Shown: positions 8,725-18,858, counted from the stretch's first letter. The stretch is DNA of 64,000 nucleotides from Alkalispirochaeta sp. (GCA_965601925.1 OZ271854.1:1344001-1408000); one strand, 5' to 3'. The notes: generated from the sequence alone by a model not told the origin. Numbers and translations are program-made.

Positions 8725-10211
8725 CGGCCGAAAGGAGATACCGTTTGTCGAAAAGGAAATACATACGTATAGCACTTTCGATACTCGTCGTCGTAGTTGC
8801 GAGCTGCAATGTATTGGATCTCGGGTCGGGCGTGGGATACGTCGTATACCCGTCGACCTACGAGGCGATATTGGGGGCCGCCGAGCAGCCCGCGATCTCG
8901 TTCGACGCCGGAGTCGATCGCACGAGCGTCGAGGCGATCTTCCAGGTGGAGGACGGCACGGGTCCGTTGAGTGGTGTGTACGACTGGGACGGAAACACCG
9001 TCGCGTTTCGCGCCGAACCGGCGCTGGAATCGGGTGAACGGTATACGCTCACCTTCTCAGGCGTGTTTCGTTCGTCGTCGGGTCGCGAGCACGACGTCGC
9101 CAACGTCGTGCCGTTTTACATGGAGACATCCGATAGCGATGCGCTGGAGGTGATACGCGTCGAACCCGCCTCGGGATCGACAATCGGACGCGACGATACG
9201 ATCCGCATCGTGTTTTCCGTACTTCCCGAGCAGACGGCGCTTGAAGAGCGCATCAGCTTCAGCCCGTTGAGTAGCCCGATACTGGAGCGTGACGAGGCGA
9301 CAAGCTCGGTCGTGCTCCGATCGGATGATCCGTGGGAGAACGGTACGACCTATCAGTTGCGCATCGGAGCCGAGTTGGCGGCGGCGGACTCTCGCCCTCT
9401 GACCGAAGCGTACGAGGCGACATATCTTTCCCAAGACGACGAGCAACGTCCTGCGATCGAATCGATCGTCGCGGTGACGAACGAATTGGCGGGCGGCTAT
9501 CCGGCCCTTGCCGGATCGCTGAGCGTCGTACTCGGCCCCGAAGACGGTATCGCGATTACCTTCTCCGAGGACATGGACCGCACCGAGACCCAGGATGCGG
9601 TATCCGTCTTTCCCCTCTCGTCGATAACGACGACGTGGTTCACCGAGCGGCGACTGATCGTGTTTCCGCCGGAGCCGTGGGATCCCGAAGTCGACTACGT
9701 CCTCTCGATCGCCGATACCGCCGTCGATATTCGCAACAACGCCCTCGCCGCCGGTACGACCGTTCCGTTCCGGACGGCTCCGCGTCCCGATGTCGAAATC
9801 ACCGCCGAGATCATCGATGTCGACGCTCCGCCGTCGCAGATCGTGAACGACGCGGCGTTCAGTAACAACACGCCGATACTAATCGACGCCGGCCTGGTTC
9901 CCGGCTCCATTCAGGTACGCATCACCTTCACGAACGGAGAGTTCGATACCGACGAAGACCGCTCCGAGATTTCCGACTCGATCAATATTCAAGCCGCCTT
10001 CCCACCCGATATCGGGAGTCCCATACGAACCGGTTTGACATGGGAGTCCTCAACCTCCGTTCTTCTGCAGTACGAGGGGTTCGAGGCGACGACGGACGCG
10101 AGCGAGCCGAATTACTTCTGGCTCATCGTGGGAAGCGGTGCACCGATCAGAGCCTCCAACGGCGCAATTCTTCGCGAAGAGCGCCGGCAACTCATGGAGG
10201 AGGAGCCGTGA
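8721..10211 (+). CDS. Lipoprotein with tandem Ig-like (SbsA/Big_5-type) domains
   Basis: ATG 8721 overlaps upstream TGA; lipobox VVAS-C; about three Big_5-like units (ISFDAGVDR..LESGERYTLTF; IRIVFS..WENGTTYQLRI; ITFSEDMDR..YVLSIADTAVDIRNN). Confidence 0.8.
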   Translation: MTAERRYRLSKRKYIRIALSILVVVVASCNVLDLGSGVGYVVYPSTYEAILGAAEQPAISFDAGVDRTSVEAIFQVEDGTGPLSGVYDWDGNTVAFRAEPALESGERYTLTFSGVFRSSSGREHDVANVVPFYMETSDSDALEVIRVEPASGSTIGRDDTIRIVFSVLPEQTALEERISFSPLSSPILERDEATSSVVLRSDDPWENGTTYQLRIGAELAAADSRPLTEAYEATYLSQDDEQRPAIESIVAVTNELAGGYPALAGSLSVVLGPEDGIAITFSEDMDRTETQDAVSVFPLSSITTTWFTERRLIVFPPEPWDPEVDYVLSIADTAVDIRNNALAAGTTVPFRTAPRPDVEITAEIIDVDAPPSQIVNDAAFSNNTPILIDAGLVPGSIQVRITFTNGEFDTDEDRSEISDSINIQAAFPPDIGSPIRTGLTWESSTSVLLQYEGFEATTDASEPNYFWLIVGSGAPIRASNGAILREERRQLMEEEP

Positions 10212-11650
10212 CGCGCGGTACGAGATCGGCGGCGATCGTTTTGCTCGTACTGATATCTCTATCGGGGTGTCAAATCTACAACGAATGGGAAGATATGAAT
10301 CCGGTAACGGTGGACGCCGCGTTGAATGAAGAGGACGGAGTGATCGCCCTCTCATTTTCCGCCGCGATGGATCGCGCCCGGACGGAGGATGCGATCGAGG
10401 TGCGCCGAGACGGTTCGGTTGTGTTATCGCAGAACGCGTGGACGCAGGGTGCACGGACTTTGACGCTGTCACCCGACGGCGGCATCGAGACCAACGACGT
10501 CATCGTCCTCTCGGTGGAGACCTCGGCGGAGGATCAATACGGAAACTCCCTGGCGGAACGATACGAGCGTACATTTGATTTGCGAGCGGAGACCGATCGC
10601 CCCTTCGTCGTCTCGGTGTCCCCCGACAGCCGGCTCCTCGTCACCGATCTGACGACCGAGATCGTGATAACCGCGTCGGAGTCGCTGGACAGAGAGACGG
10701 TGTTCAACGGTATCTCCATCAGCCCGGACCCCGGATACCTCCTTCTTTTCGATAGCGACGACGCGATCGTTCGCATCCGGCCGAATACACGGCTCGAGCG
10801 GGATACGCGCTACACGATCACCGTCGACACGTCGGTCCGCGATACGGCGGGAAACACGTTTGCCGAGCGTTGGGAGTCGAGCTTTCGGACGGCGGCGGAG
10901 ATCGAACAAGCGGTCGAGTCGGTGCAACTCATACGAACCGGCGAGTTTTTGAGCGACGATACGACGCAATTCATCAACAACACCGCCGGGCTCTCCTTTG
11001 AAAAGGACGACTCGTTTCAGGTTCGCTTTGTCGGGCCTGTTGACGAGTCCGAGCGCGCGTCGGCAATTAGCGTCACGCCCTCGGCCGGAGCCGAGTTCAG
11101 CTGGAACGCCGCGCTGGATACGGCGGTAGTCTCGTTCTCCGAGTCCTTGACGTGGAATACGGAGTACACACTCAACGCCGCCGATACGCGATATCGGTTT
11201 GTTATCGACGGCGCCGCATCGCAGCCGCCCTCGATCGCGCACGTGGTGTTCATTCCGGATATCGACGCGGTGCCGCCCTCATACCCAGTGGCGGAGTTCG
11301 GGAGCGCACTCACGTTCTCTCCGAATCCGGTGGTTCAAAGCGCCTTCGACGTATACGTCGATCGAGCCGCCGGCGCATCGCTGGTGTTCGGGTCGGTGCT
11401 GTCGGCGTTCTCGCTGAGTGCGAGCAATGCCGCGGTCGCCATCGACCTCGATCGAGTCGAAATCGACCCGACCGCCCCGCCCTCGGATCCGGTTCCGGAT
11501 GCCCAGCAAACGGTGGTACGTTTCGTCGGTAACTTCACGAAGGCCGGCGGCACCGACGGCATCGTCACCCTGGAGCTCTCCACCGATCTGGAAGATGATC
11601 TCGGCAACTTCCTCGCGGAACTCTATCGGTTATCCGTAAATGCAGAATAA
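10208..11650 (+). CDS. Second lipoprotein with tandem Ig-like (SbsA/Big_5-type) domains
   Basis: GTG 10208 overlaps upstream TGA; lipobox LSG-C; LSFSAAMDR..SAEDQYGNSL, PFVVSVSP..TRYTITVDTSVRDTAGN and C-terminal LEDDLGNFL motifs. Confidence 0.8.
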   Translation: MTRGTRSAAIVLLVLISLSGCQIYNEWEDMNPVTVDAALNEEDGVIALSFSAAMDRARTEDAIEVRRDGSVVLSQNAWTQGARTLTLSPDGGIETNDVIVLSVETSAEDQYGNSLAERYERTFDLRAETDRPFVVSVSPDSRLLVTDLTTEIVITASESLDRETVFNGISISPDPGYLLLFDSDDAIVRIRPNTRLERDTRYTITVDTSVRDTAGNTFAERWESSFRTAAEIEQAVESVQLIRTGEFLSDDTTQFINNTAGLSFEKDDSFQVRFVGPVDESERASAISVTPSAGAEFSWNAALDTAVVSFSESLTWNTEYTLNAADTRYRFVIDGAASQPPSIAHVVFIPDIDAVPPSYPVAEFGSALTFSPNPVVQSAFDVYVDRAAGASLVFGSVLSAFSLSASNAAVAIDLDRVEIDPTAPPSDPVPDAQQTVVRFVGNFTKAGGTDGIVTLELSTDLEDDLGNFLAELYRLSVNAE

Positions 11651-14642
11651 ATCTACCGCCACGTCCGTTCTCGAACGGCTCTTCGCCCATCCCCTTTCGA
11701 TCGTGATGGTGGCGCTCGCGGTCGTCCTGATGGGTGGTGCCGCGGCAACTCAGATTGAGATCGCGCCGCTTCCCGACGTCGAGCTGCCGAACATCCTGAT
11801 TATCACCGCCCTCGAAGGCCTGCCCGCCGAGGAGATAGAACGGCTCGTGACGGTGCCGATGGAGTCGGCGCTCTCGGGTATTCAAGGGGTCGAGCACGTT
11901 CGATCGATGAGCATTCGAGGGGTGTCGCGCATCGAGTTGGAGCTGGCGTGGGGCTCCGATCCGCAGTCGATCGCGCTCGATGTCCGTCGTGCGGCGGGGC
12001 TCGGATTTGCGTCCCTTCCCGACCGCGCGGAGCTTCCGTTGGTGATTACGCGATCCATCGCGGAGACTCCCGATTTCGTCATTGCACTCATCCCGAGAAC
12101 CGATGAGTCGCCGGACCGCCTCTATCGCGCCGTCGAGACGCAGGTGCTTCCCGCATTCAGAACTCATACCACCGTGGGTAGACTGCGCTCGGCGGGGGCG
12201 TGGCGTCCCGAGGTGCACGTCGAAATCGATCCCGATGCGGCGGCGGCGCTCGATATCGGTACGACGACGATCGCCTCGTTGATCTCGTCGTCGGTCTTCG
12301 ATTTACCGGTAGGGACACTCCGCGAACGCGACCGGGAGATAACACTCACGGCGTCCACGGGCGTCAATACGGTAGCCGATATCGCGGCCCTTCCGATCCC
12401 GAGCGATTCGCCCAGTATTCAACGCCGTCTCGGCGACATTGCTCGTATACGTCTCAACGCGGAACCGGCCACGGGAGCCGTCGTCGTGGACGGAGCGCCG
12501 GCCGTGGTGGTCGAGGTGTATCGATCCGATCGAGCGAGTGTCTTGGCCCTCACGCGCGACGCCTACGCCGCCGTCGGTGAGATTCGACGCAGATTGGGTG
12601 AGCGCGTGGAAATCGCGGTACTTCGCGACGCCGGAAGCGCACTCGGTAGCTTGGTCCGCGGAACGGCGACGGCGTTGGCGATCGGAATAGCGGTAGTGAC
12701 ACTGTTGGTTTCCGCCGGAACGCGCAGTGCGTCACTCGCGACGGCCGTGCTGGCGATACTGCCGGTATCGATTTTCGGTACCATATTCGTGCTGTTTCTC
12801 GGCGAGTTCACCCTCAACACGGTATCGATAACCGGATTCGCCGTCGGATTGGGATTGGTCGTGGACGGCGGAATCATCGTCGTCAACGCCATTCGCCGCG
12901 ACGCTCCGCTGCGCGGCGCCGCCGAGGTCGCCGCGGCGGTGGGAGGTGTGCTTCCGTCGCTCTTCGGATCGATGGTCACGACGATACTCGTGTTCATACC
13001 GGCGATTCTCGTGCCGGGCCGTTTCGGTGCCCTCGTCGCCGAGTTCGTGGTAGTAATCGCCTCGCTTCTCGCGTGGGCGTTTGTGTGCGCAGCCGTACTC
13101 ACTCCGGCGGTCGCTATGTTATCGGGCGTCGATGCGCGCGGTGGGACGCGTGAACGTCGCCGACGGACGCCGGGATCGCGGTTCCAACCTGCGATCAAGA
13201 CGATCTCCTCCGCGGCGAGAGTCCATTGGAAGGCGACACTGTCGGTGATGACGCTCGTCACGGCAGTCGGCGCGGCGCTCATTACCGTCGTCCCGCGCGA
13301 GTTGACGCCGTTTGTGCTGCAAGATCGTGTATCCGGCGAATTGTGGCTTGAGCCGCGCACGACGATCGAGGACGCGAGAGCCGTCGCCGCCTCGATTACC
13401 GAGGAGCTGTCGTCGCTTCCATGGGTCGACCACGCACGCGCCGACATCGGGGTAGTGGCGGATACCCTCGAGGAACGTTCGCGAAGTTTGAACGATCGTA
13501 GTATCGTCCACCTACATATCACCCGCGCTTCTGCCGAACGAGTAACCGAGAGCAGAGTCCGCTCGGACGTCATGCGCATATTCAGCCGATTCGATCCTCT
13601 GTACTCGATCGTGTATCTGCCGCCCGATAGCGTTCAATCCGCGTTGGGCGACACCCCGGTAACGTCGGCGTTGCTTTCGGCGGACTCGAGGTCCGAACTG
13701 GACGGATCGATCACAACGGTGTTGACGGATCTCGGTTCGGTATGGACGCCTCTCACGGAGCGAATGGAGGCGCAAACGGTACTCAACTTCGATACCGATC
13801 GTGTCGCGTTATTGAATCTGGCTCCCGCAACCGTGTTGGAGGAGGTGAACACCGCAGTCGACGGACGGGTGGTCGCCTCGATCGGTGAGGCGACGGATCT
13901 CCTCCCGATTCGGGTACTGCTGGACCCGGACGCGCTCGCCGGGACCGACTCGGTTGCCGAGATTCAGGTACCTGCGGGACAATCGGGCCGGACGGTCGAA
14001 GTGTCGTCGGTAGTCGACTTCGGAAATCGGCTCGCGTTACGGGAACTGAGACGAGTCGACGGCCGTCCGGCGACGATATTTCGCGCCGCCGGCCGCGTCA
14101 CGCCGCGGAGCTCTGCGCCGGTGACGGTCGAGGGTGATATCGATGAGCAAATGCGCTCCTTGGCCGCCATTTCAGCGATTGCACTCATATTGGTGTACTT
14201 GGTGTTGGGCGCCCAGTTCGCCTCCGTACGCCTCCCGCTCTTTTGCCTGGTCGCCATTCCACTCTCGCTTCCCGGCTCGGTGGGCCTCATGCTCGCGGCG
14301 GGCATTTCCATCAACCTCTACTCCATGATCGGGCTACTGGTGGTGATAGGTACGACGATAAACGCCGCCATTCTCTTGATCGCGGAGTTTCGTTCGGCAT
14401 CCAGGCCGCCGGAGGAGATCGTCGCCGAGCGCGCACGAACCGTCGCGATGACCGTGACGACGTCGATCGCCACCGTTCTCCCGATCGTCCTCTCCCGCTC
14501 TCCGGAGACCATTCTTCAAAGACACACCGCTATGCCGATCGTGGGCGGATTGTTATTCGGAACGGTGTGCGTGGTAGCGACCTTTGCGGTGTTTGCACGC
14601 TGGATATCACGTCCCGGTTATTCGGAGCCGGAGGGCCGGTGA
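11640..14642 (+). CDS. AcrB/AcrD/AcrF-family RND permease subunit 1 (divergent)
   Basis: 1000 aa; GLPAEEIERLVTVPMESALSGIQGV, GLVVDGGIIVVN, LVYLVLGAQFAS..P and two TM clusters give the RND topology. Confidence 0.85.
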   Translation: MQNKSTATSVLERLFAHPLSIVMVALAVVLMGGAAATQIEIAPLPDVELPNILIITALEGLPAEEIERLVTVPMESALSGIQGVEHVRSMSIRGVSRIELELAWGSDPQSIALDVRRAAGLGFASLPDRAELPLVITRSIAETPDFVIALIPRTDESPDRLYRAVETQVLPAFRTHTTVGRLRSAGAWRPEVHVEIDPDAAAALDIGTTTIASLISSSVFDLPVGTLRERDREITLTASTGVNTVADIAALPIPSDSPSIQRRLGDIARIRLNAEPATGAVVVDGAPAVVVEVYRSDRASVLALTRDAYAAVGEIRRRLGERVEIAVLRDAGSALGSLVRGTATALAIGIAVVTLLVSAGTRSASLATAVLAILPVSIFGTIFVLFLGEFTLNTVSITGFAVGLGLVVDGGIIVVNAIRRDAPLRGAAEVAAAVGGVLPSLFGSMVTTILVFIPAILVPGRFGALVAEFVVVIASLLAWAFVCAAVLTPAVAMLSGVDARGGTRERRRRTPGSRFQPAIKTISSAARVHWKATLSVMTLVTAVGAALITVVPRELTPFVLQDRVSGELWLEPRTTIEDARAVAASITEELSSLPWVDHARADIGVVADTLEERSRSLNDRSIVHLHITRASAERVTESRVRSDVMRIFSRFDPLYSIVYLPPDSVQSALGDTPVTSALLSADSRSELDGSITTVLTDLGSVWTPLTERMEAQTVLNFDTDRVALLNLAPATVLEEVNTAVDGRVVASIGEATDLLPIRVLLDPDALAGTDSVAEIQVPAGQSGRTVEVSSVVDFGNRLALRELRRVDGRPATIFRAAGRVTPRSSAPVTVEGDIDEQMRSLAAISAIALILVYLVLGAQFASVRLPLFCLVAIPLSLPGSVGLMLAAGISINLYSMIGLLVVIGTTINAAILLIAEFRSASRPPEEIVAERARTVAMTVTTSIATVLPIVLSRSPETILQRHTAMPIVGGLLFGTVCVVATFAVFARWISRPGYSEPEGR

Positions 14643-17428
14643 AACGCTCCGTATTTCTCATCGGGATTATCGTTCTGTTCGGTGTCCTGGCGATACGCAC
14701 GATCAGTGTAGGATATTTGCCGGACCGACAAGATCCGCGGGTCAGTGTGCTCGTTCGCTACGACGGAGCGTTCGCCAACGAGGTAGAGCGCACCCTTACG
14801 ATTCCGATCGAGGACGCCATCGCGTCCGTGGACGGTGTGCGCTCCATATCCTCGATATCTCGCGACGGCCAAACGCGCGTAGGAGTTCGTCTGCGACGCG
14901 GTGCACATCTCGATCACGCGGTAGTGCGCGTATTGGATGCGCTCGATCGCGTACTGAGCGACGCACCGACGACCGTCGGGCGCCCCATCGTTACGAGAAA
15001 CGCGGCGGACACGAGGCCCACGTTCATTGCATCGCTTCCGAAGGACCGATTTCGTACACGAGAGGAGATCGAACGCTACTTTGGTCGGGTGGAAGGTGTC
15101 GGCCGCGTTGATGTCGCGGGGTTCCCGCAACAACAGGTCGTTGTGCGACTCCGGGAAGCGTACGACACCAACGTTGCAACCGATATATTTGCCGTTGCGG
15201 AGACGATTCGCGAGGCAAACAGCGTCGTCGGATTGGGCGGCAATAGAGCCTTGCCGATTGTCGCCGACACGCGATTTCGTACGATTGAGGACTTTCGCAA
15301 TCAACGACTCGATGAGGTCAACTCGGTCGGCAGGTTGGCTTCGGTGGAGCGGGACGAACGCGAGCCGGAGTCCACCAGCGTCGTGAACGGTACACCGGCG
15401 GTCGTCGTGTATGTGAGCCCCGCCTCGGGAGCCAACGTCGTGCGCGTTAATCGAGCGCTCCGCGCGTCCATCGGCGCGATTGAACGATCCGAAGTGTTGT
15501 TCGACCAGGGGTCGATCATTGAGGACGCACTCGGCGACGCGCTGCGAGGCTTCGCCGTCGGAAGCGTACTGGTAACCGTTGCACTGCTACTCATTACGCG
15601 CAACGGAAGGCGGAGCATTGCGGCTGCGGCGGCGTTACCCGCAGCGGCATTTGCAGCATTCGCCGCTCTCGGCGCATTCGGGTTGCCCGCCGATGTTCTC
15701 GCCGTATCGGCCCTTGCGGCATCAATGGGCTTCGTCGCCGACGGGGCGGTGGTCCTGGCCATCGAAGGGTCCGCACCGGGTGTCCGACGAGGCCTGCTCG
15801 TCTCGACGATTTCCACCGTTGTCGTCTTCGTGCCGCTGATTCTCGATCCGTCGGGTACCGGCTCATTTTATATAGGATTTGCACTCGTCGTTATAAGCGC
15901 GCTGGTTACCGGTCTCGTATGGGGTCTCTTCTTCATTCCGGCGAAGTCCGCCGGCCGCGCTCCGGAGCGGGAAGACCGAACGACTCCGTCGCCGTTCGCA
16001 CCATCGTGGTTTGGGCGGATGACTCGCGCGGTTCATCGTATGCGGTTCGTCGTGTGGATCGGTATTCTCGCGGTAGTGGGAGTCGCCGTGTGGAGCATCC
16101 ACGATACGCCGATCGGGTTTTGGCCTGAGCTCGACGAGCGTCGTACCGGGATTGTCGTCGAGTATGACGCCGGCACACCGCGGTCGAGGCTCGAAACTGA
16201 AATGTCGAACGCGTACTCGGTGCTTGCGTTGTACGACGAGTATGAAACGATCATCTCCCGAACCGATCGCAGCAGAATCAGCTTCGAGATAACGCACCGC
16301 GCTCAACCGAATCAAAATACCGTCGATACCCTTGTCACGCGCGTTCAAGAGTCGGTGCAGGGTAGTGTATTCCTCATCAATCAGGCTGAGGGGGCGACTC
16401 GAGTGCCGATCCACGTCATCGGAAATGATCCGATAACGACGCAACGAGTCGCATCAGAGCTCGCCGACTACCTGCAAACCGCCGTCCCCGACAGCACAGC
16501 CGTACTGAACTTCAAAAGGCCGCCACGGCAAGCCGAGATGGTGGTCGATACGGAAGCGGTCGTCTCTACGGGGGGACGGCCGAACGAAATACACCGGCAC
16601 GCGTATTGGCTTCTATCGAATCCCGTCGGATTCAAATGGCTCACGGATCGCGAAACCGACGTGCGATTCGGGCGCACCACGCCGATCGAGACGGCGGACG
16701 ACCTTCTTCGAACGACGATCACACCGACCACCGGACGGCCCCTACGGTTAGAATCGGTCGCTACCGTCAGGGAAATCGACCGCCCGGATACGATCTTCAG
16801 AATCGATCGTTCCCGAGCATCGACCATTAGCGTCGAGTTCCCGCGCTCCGCCCAAATACTCTTCGAGCGGACGGTCGACGGGGCGGCTCCCGAATACGAA
16901 GCGCATGCAGACGTTCGTATCGCAATCGATCCGACATTTTTTGAGACGCGGGAAACGGGACGTCGCGCCATAGGGGGCGTCGTCTTGGCGATACTATTCG
17001 TCACGGTATCGATCATCGCCGGCCTTGAACACGTTCGCGACGGCCTCTTGGCAGCCCTGGTCGCGGTACCGTCGGTAGTCATACCGGCGACGGTCGCCCG
17101 CTTTGCGTACGACGGAATCTCCGAGCCGGTTCTATTGGCGCTTCTCTTGTGTGGCGGAGTAGGCGTCAACAACGCGGTTGTCGTCCTTTCCGCCGCCGGA
17201 AAAGATGGGGCGAAATCCTTGGTTGAGGTGCTATGGCGTAAGATACCGTCGCTTCTCGCCGCAGGGGCAACAACGATTCTCGGCGTTCTGCCGCTCGTCG
17301 TCGTGGGAGGCCGCGCTCGCGGCGTCGTAGCGCCGGTCTCCATTACCCTGGCGATCGGTACCGTCGTCGCCCTCGCGGCGACGATCGTAGTGCTGCCGAT
17401 CGGTCGGCGCGGAAAACCTGCGCCTTAG
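14639..17428 (+). CDS. AcrB/AcrD/AcrF-family RND permease subunit 2 (divergent)
   Basis: GTG 14639 overlaps upstream TGA (929 aa); GAFANEVERTLTIPIEDAIASVDGV, SGANVV, GFVADGAVV and GVNNAVVV motifs. Confidence 0.85.
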   Translation: MKRSVFLIGIIVLFGVLAIRTISVGYLPDRQDPRVSVLVRYDGAFANEVERTLTIPIEDAIASVDGVRSISSISRDGQTRVGVRLRRGAHLDHAVVRVLDALDRVLSDAPTTVGRPIVTRNAADTRPTFIASLPKDRFRTREEIERYFGRVEGVGRVDVAGFPQQQVVVRLREAYDTNVATDIFAVAETIREANSVVGLGGNRALPIVADTRFRTIEDFRNQRLDEVNSVGRLASVERDEREPESTSVVNGTPAVVVYVSPASGANVVRVNRALRASIGAIERSEVLFDQGSIIEDALGDALRGFAVGSVLVTVALLLITRNGRRSIAAAAALPAAAFAAFAALGAFGLPADVLAVSALAASMGFVADGAVVLAIEGSAPGVRRGLLVSTISTVVVFVPLILDPSGTGSFYIGFALVVISALVTGLVWGLFFIPAKSAGRAPEREDRTTPSPFAPSWFGRMTRAVHRMRFVVWIGILAVVGVAVWSIHDTPIGFWPELDERRTGIVVEYDAGTPRSRLETEMSNAYSVLALYDEYETIISRTDRSRISFEITHRAQPNQNTVDTLVTRVQESVQGSVFLINQAEGATRVPIHVIGNDPITTQRVASELADYLQTAVPDSTAVLNFKRPPRQAEMVVDTEAVVSTGGRPNEIHRHAYWLLSNPVGFKWLTDRETDVRFGRTTPIETADDLLRTTITPTTGRPLRLESVATVREIDRPDTIFRIDRSRASTISVEFPRSAQILFERTVDGAAPEYEAHADVRIAIDPTFFETRETGRRAIGGVVLAILFVTVSIIAGLEHVRDGLLAALVAVPSVVIPATVARFAYDGISEPVLLALLLCGGVGVNNAVVVLSAAGKDGAKSLVEVLWRKIPSLLAAGATTILGVLPLVVVGGRARGVVAPVSITLAIGTVVALAATIVVLPIGRRGKPAP

Positions 17429-18858
17429 CGCAATATTCCCCGAAGTCGCTCCGCTTGACGCCCGGTAGCGGTAATAAGCGCCTGTTCGAGGCGCGCGTTG
17501 AAAACCGGTAACGCGGCGATTTGAGTGAGAACCAACTGTGCGTGTAACACATATGGATTATCCGGGAGCGCGAGCATGGCGATCACCGGATCGACGGCGA
17601 ACGACTCACCGCTTGTCAAAGCCGTCTCGACGCGTTCGTTAACCTCCGCAGGCAGCAGAAGCGGCGCGTCGTCAAAGCCGTCGATGTTCAAGAGTCGTCT
17701 CACCTCTTCGCGAGTGAGCGCTGCGTGCTGTGTCGTCGGATTCAGCAGTATCGCCTTCTCCAAAAGAGGCTGGGCGGTCGTGAAGGAGTACTGCTCCGAC
17801 TGAGCGGCGGCCGACTGCCACAATCGCACATAGTACGTCTGCGAGAGACGGGAAAATATCTCAAGGTCGACGGCGCTGCCGATGGCGCTCGTCTCCGGTT
17901 CGCTTGTCCATAGAGCATTGAGTATCTGAATCTCGGGAAAGGCATCGGTCGTCTCGACGAGCTCGGCCGGAATAGCGGTAACCCCCGAGCCGGCAAACCG
18001 CGTCGTCGACTCTCGCGCCCAGCTATCGGCCGACAGAGACGATAGGATCGCATTCAACTCGATCTGTTCGCGCTCCATCCGATAGTCCGAAAAAAGAGCG
18101 ATACGCGCGATGCGCACCAACGCCGATAACTCAACTTGTCCCAGTTGAGAAAGCACGTTCGATCGAACGGCCAAATCCTGCGGGCGAAATCCGTACCGCG
18201 CCGCGCGTATGCCGCTCACCGCCAAAACGTCCTCCAAGCGTTCCGAGGAGAGAAGCGCGACGATGTAGGAGTCGAAGGCCTGCGCCGAAAATGATGCGGG
18301 ATCCTCGGCCCATGCCGCATCGAAGTCATCGAGTGCCGCGTCGATGTCTTCGGACGCCAAGCGACTCATCCCGCGCAATACGCGAAATGTGGCGTTCGCA
18401 CTTCTCTCGAGAGCTCTACTGGTGGCGTCGATCGATAGCTCGAAATCACCGGTCTCGAGCGCAACGACCGCAAGACCGCCGTCGATACGATCGAGCAACG
18501 GTTCGGGGGTGCGGTTATCGATTCGCTCCACGGCGTGGAGAAGCGCGACCTTCGCGGCTTCGCGCTGACCGCGACCGTACAACACCTCACCCAGTTCGAC
18601 CAGATCGGCTGATGTATTCCGGTCCGCGAGCGCAGCCTCCAACGCGCGCGCCAACTCCAAATCGGCACTCACGACACCACCATCGACTTGCGTCTGTTCG
18701 GACGCCGATATCTCTTCGGTGGATGAGTCCGACGCGGCGGTGCAGGAAACCAGCCCGACTACCAAGACGATGGTATATACCAAGAACCGCATCAACGGTC
18801 CGACGGTACGCTCTTGAGAGACGGTACTCTTTGCCGATATCGGTATGTGAAGGGCCAT
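17425..18858 (-). CDS. TPR-like alpha-helical lipoprotein
   Basis: AGGAG RBS before ATG 18858 (alternative ATG 18792); lipobox LVS-C; TPR-like segments (VLRGMSRLASEDIDAALDDFDAA, LLEKAILLNP); stop overlaps the RND2 stop convergently. Confidence 0.75.
   Translation of the reverse strand: MALHIPISAKSTVSQERTVGPLMRFLVYTIVLVVGLVSCTAASDSSTEEISASEQTQVDGGVVSADLELARALEAALADRNTSADLVELGEVLYGRGQREAAKVALLHAVERIDNRTPEPLLDRIDGGLAVVALETGDFELSIDATSRALERSANATFRVLRGMSRLASEDIDAALDDFDAAWAEDPASFSAQAFDSYIVALLSSERLEDVLAVSGIRAARYGFRPQDLAVRSNVLSQLGQVELSALVRIARIALFSDYRMEREQIELNAILSSLSADSWARESTTRFAGSGVTAIPAELVETTDAFPEIQILNALWTSEPETSAIGSAVDLEIFSRLSQTYYVRLWQSAAAQSEQYSFTTAQPLLEKAILLNPTTQHAALTREEVRRLLNIDGFDDAPLLLPAEVNERVETALTSGESFAVDPVIAMLALPDNPYVLHAQLVLTQIAALPVFNARLEQALITATGRQAERLRGILR

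Noticed and set aside
8619..14638. Long N-terminal extensions in the ORF track (starts 8619, 10040, 14243; likewise 41894, 43096, 52951, 53219, 56302)
   Set aside because: Downstream starts overlapping upstream stops or with clear RBS give proper signal peptides or domain starts.
5921..17428. Calling the operon an ordinary multidrug or heavy-metal efflux pump (acrAB-tolC, cusCBA)
   Set aside because: Relay motifs are degenerate, no Met/His metal motifs or local regulator were seen, and extra TPR/Ig lipoproteins are embedded; gene symbols withheld.
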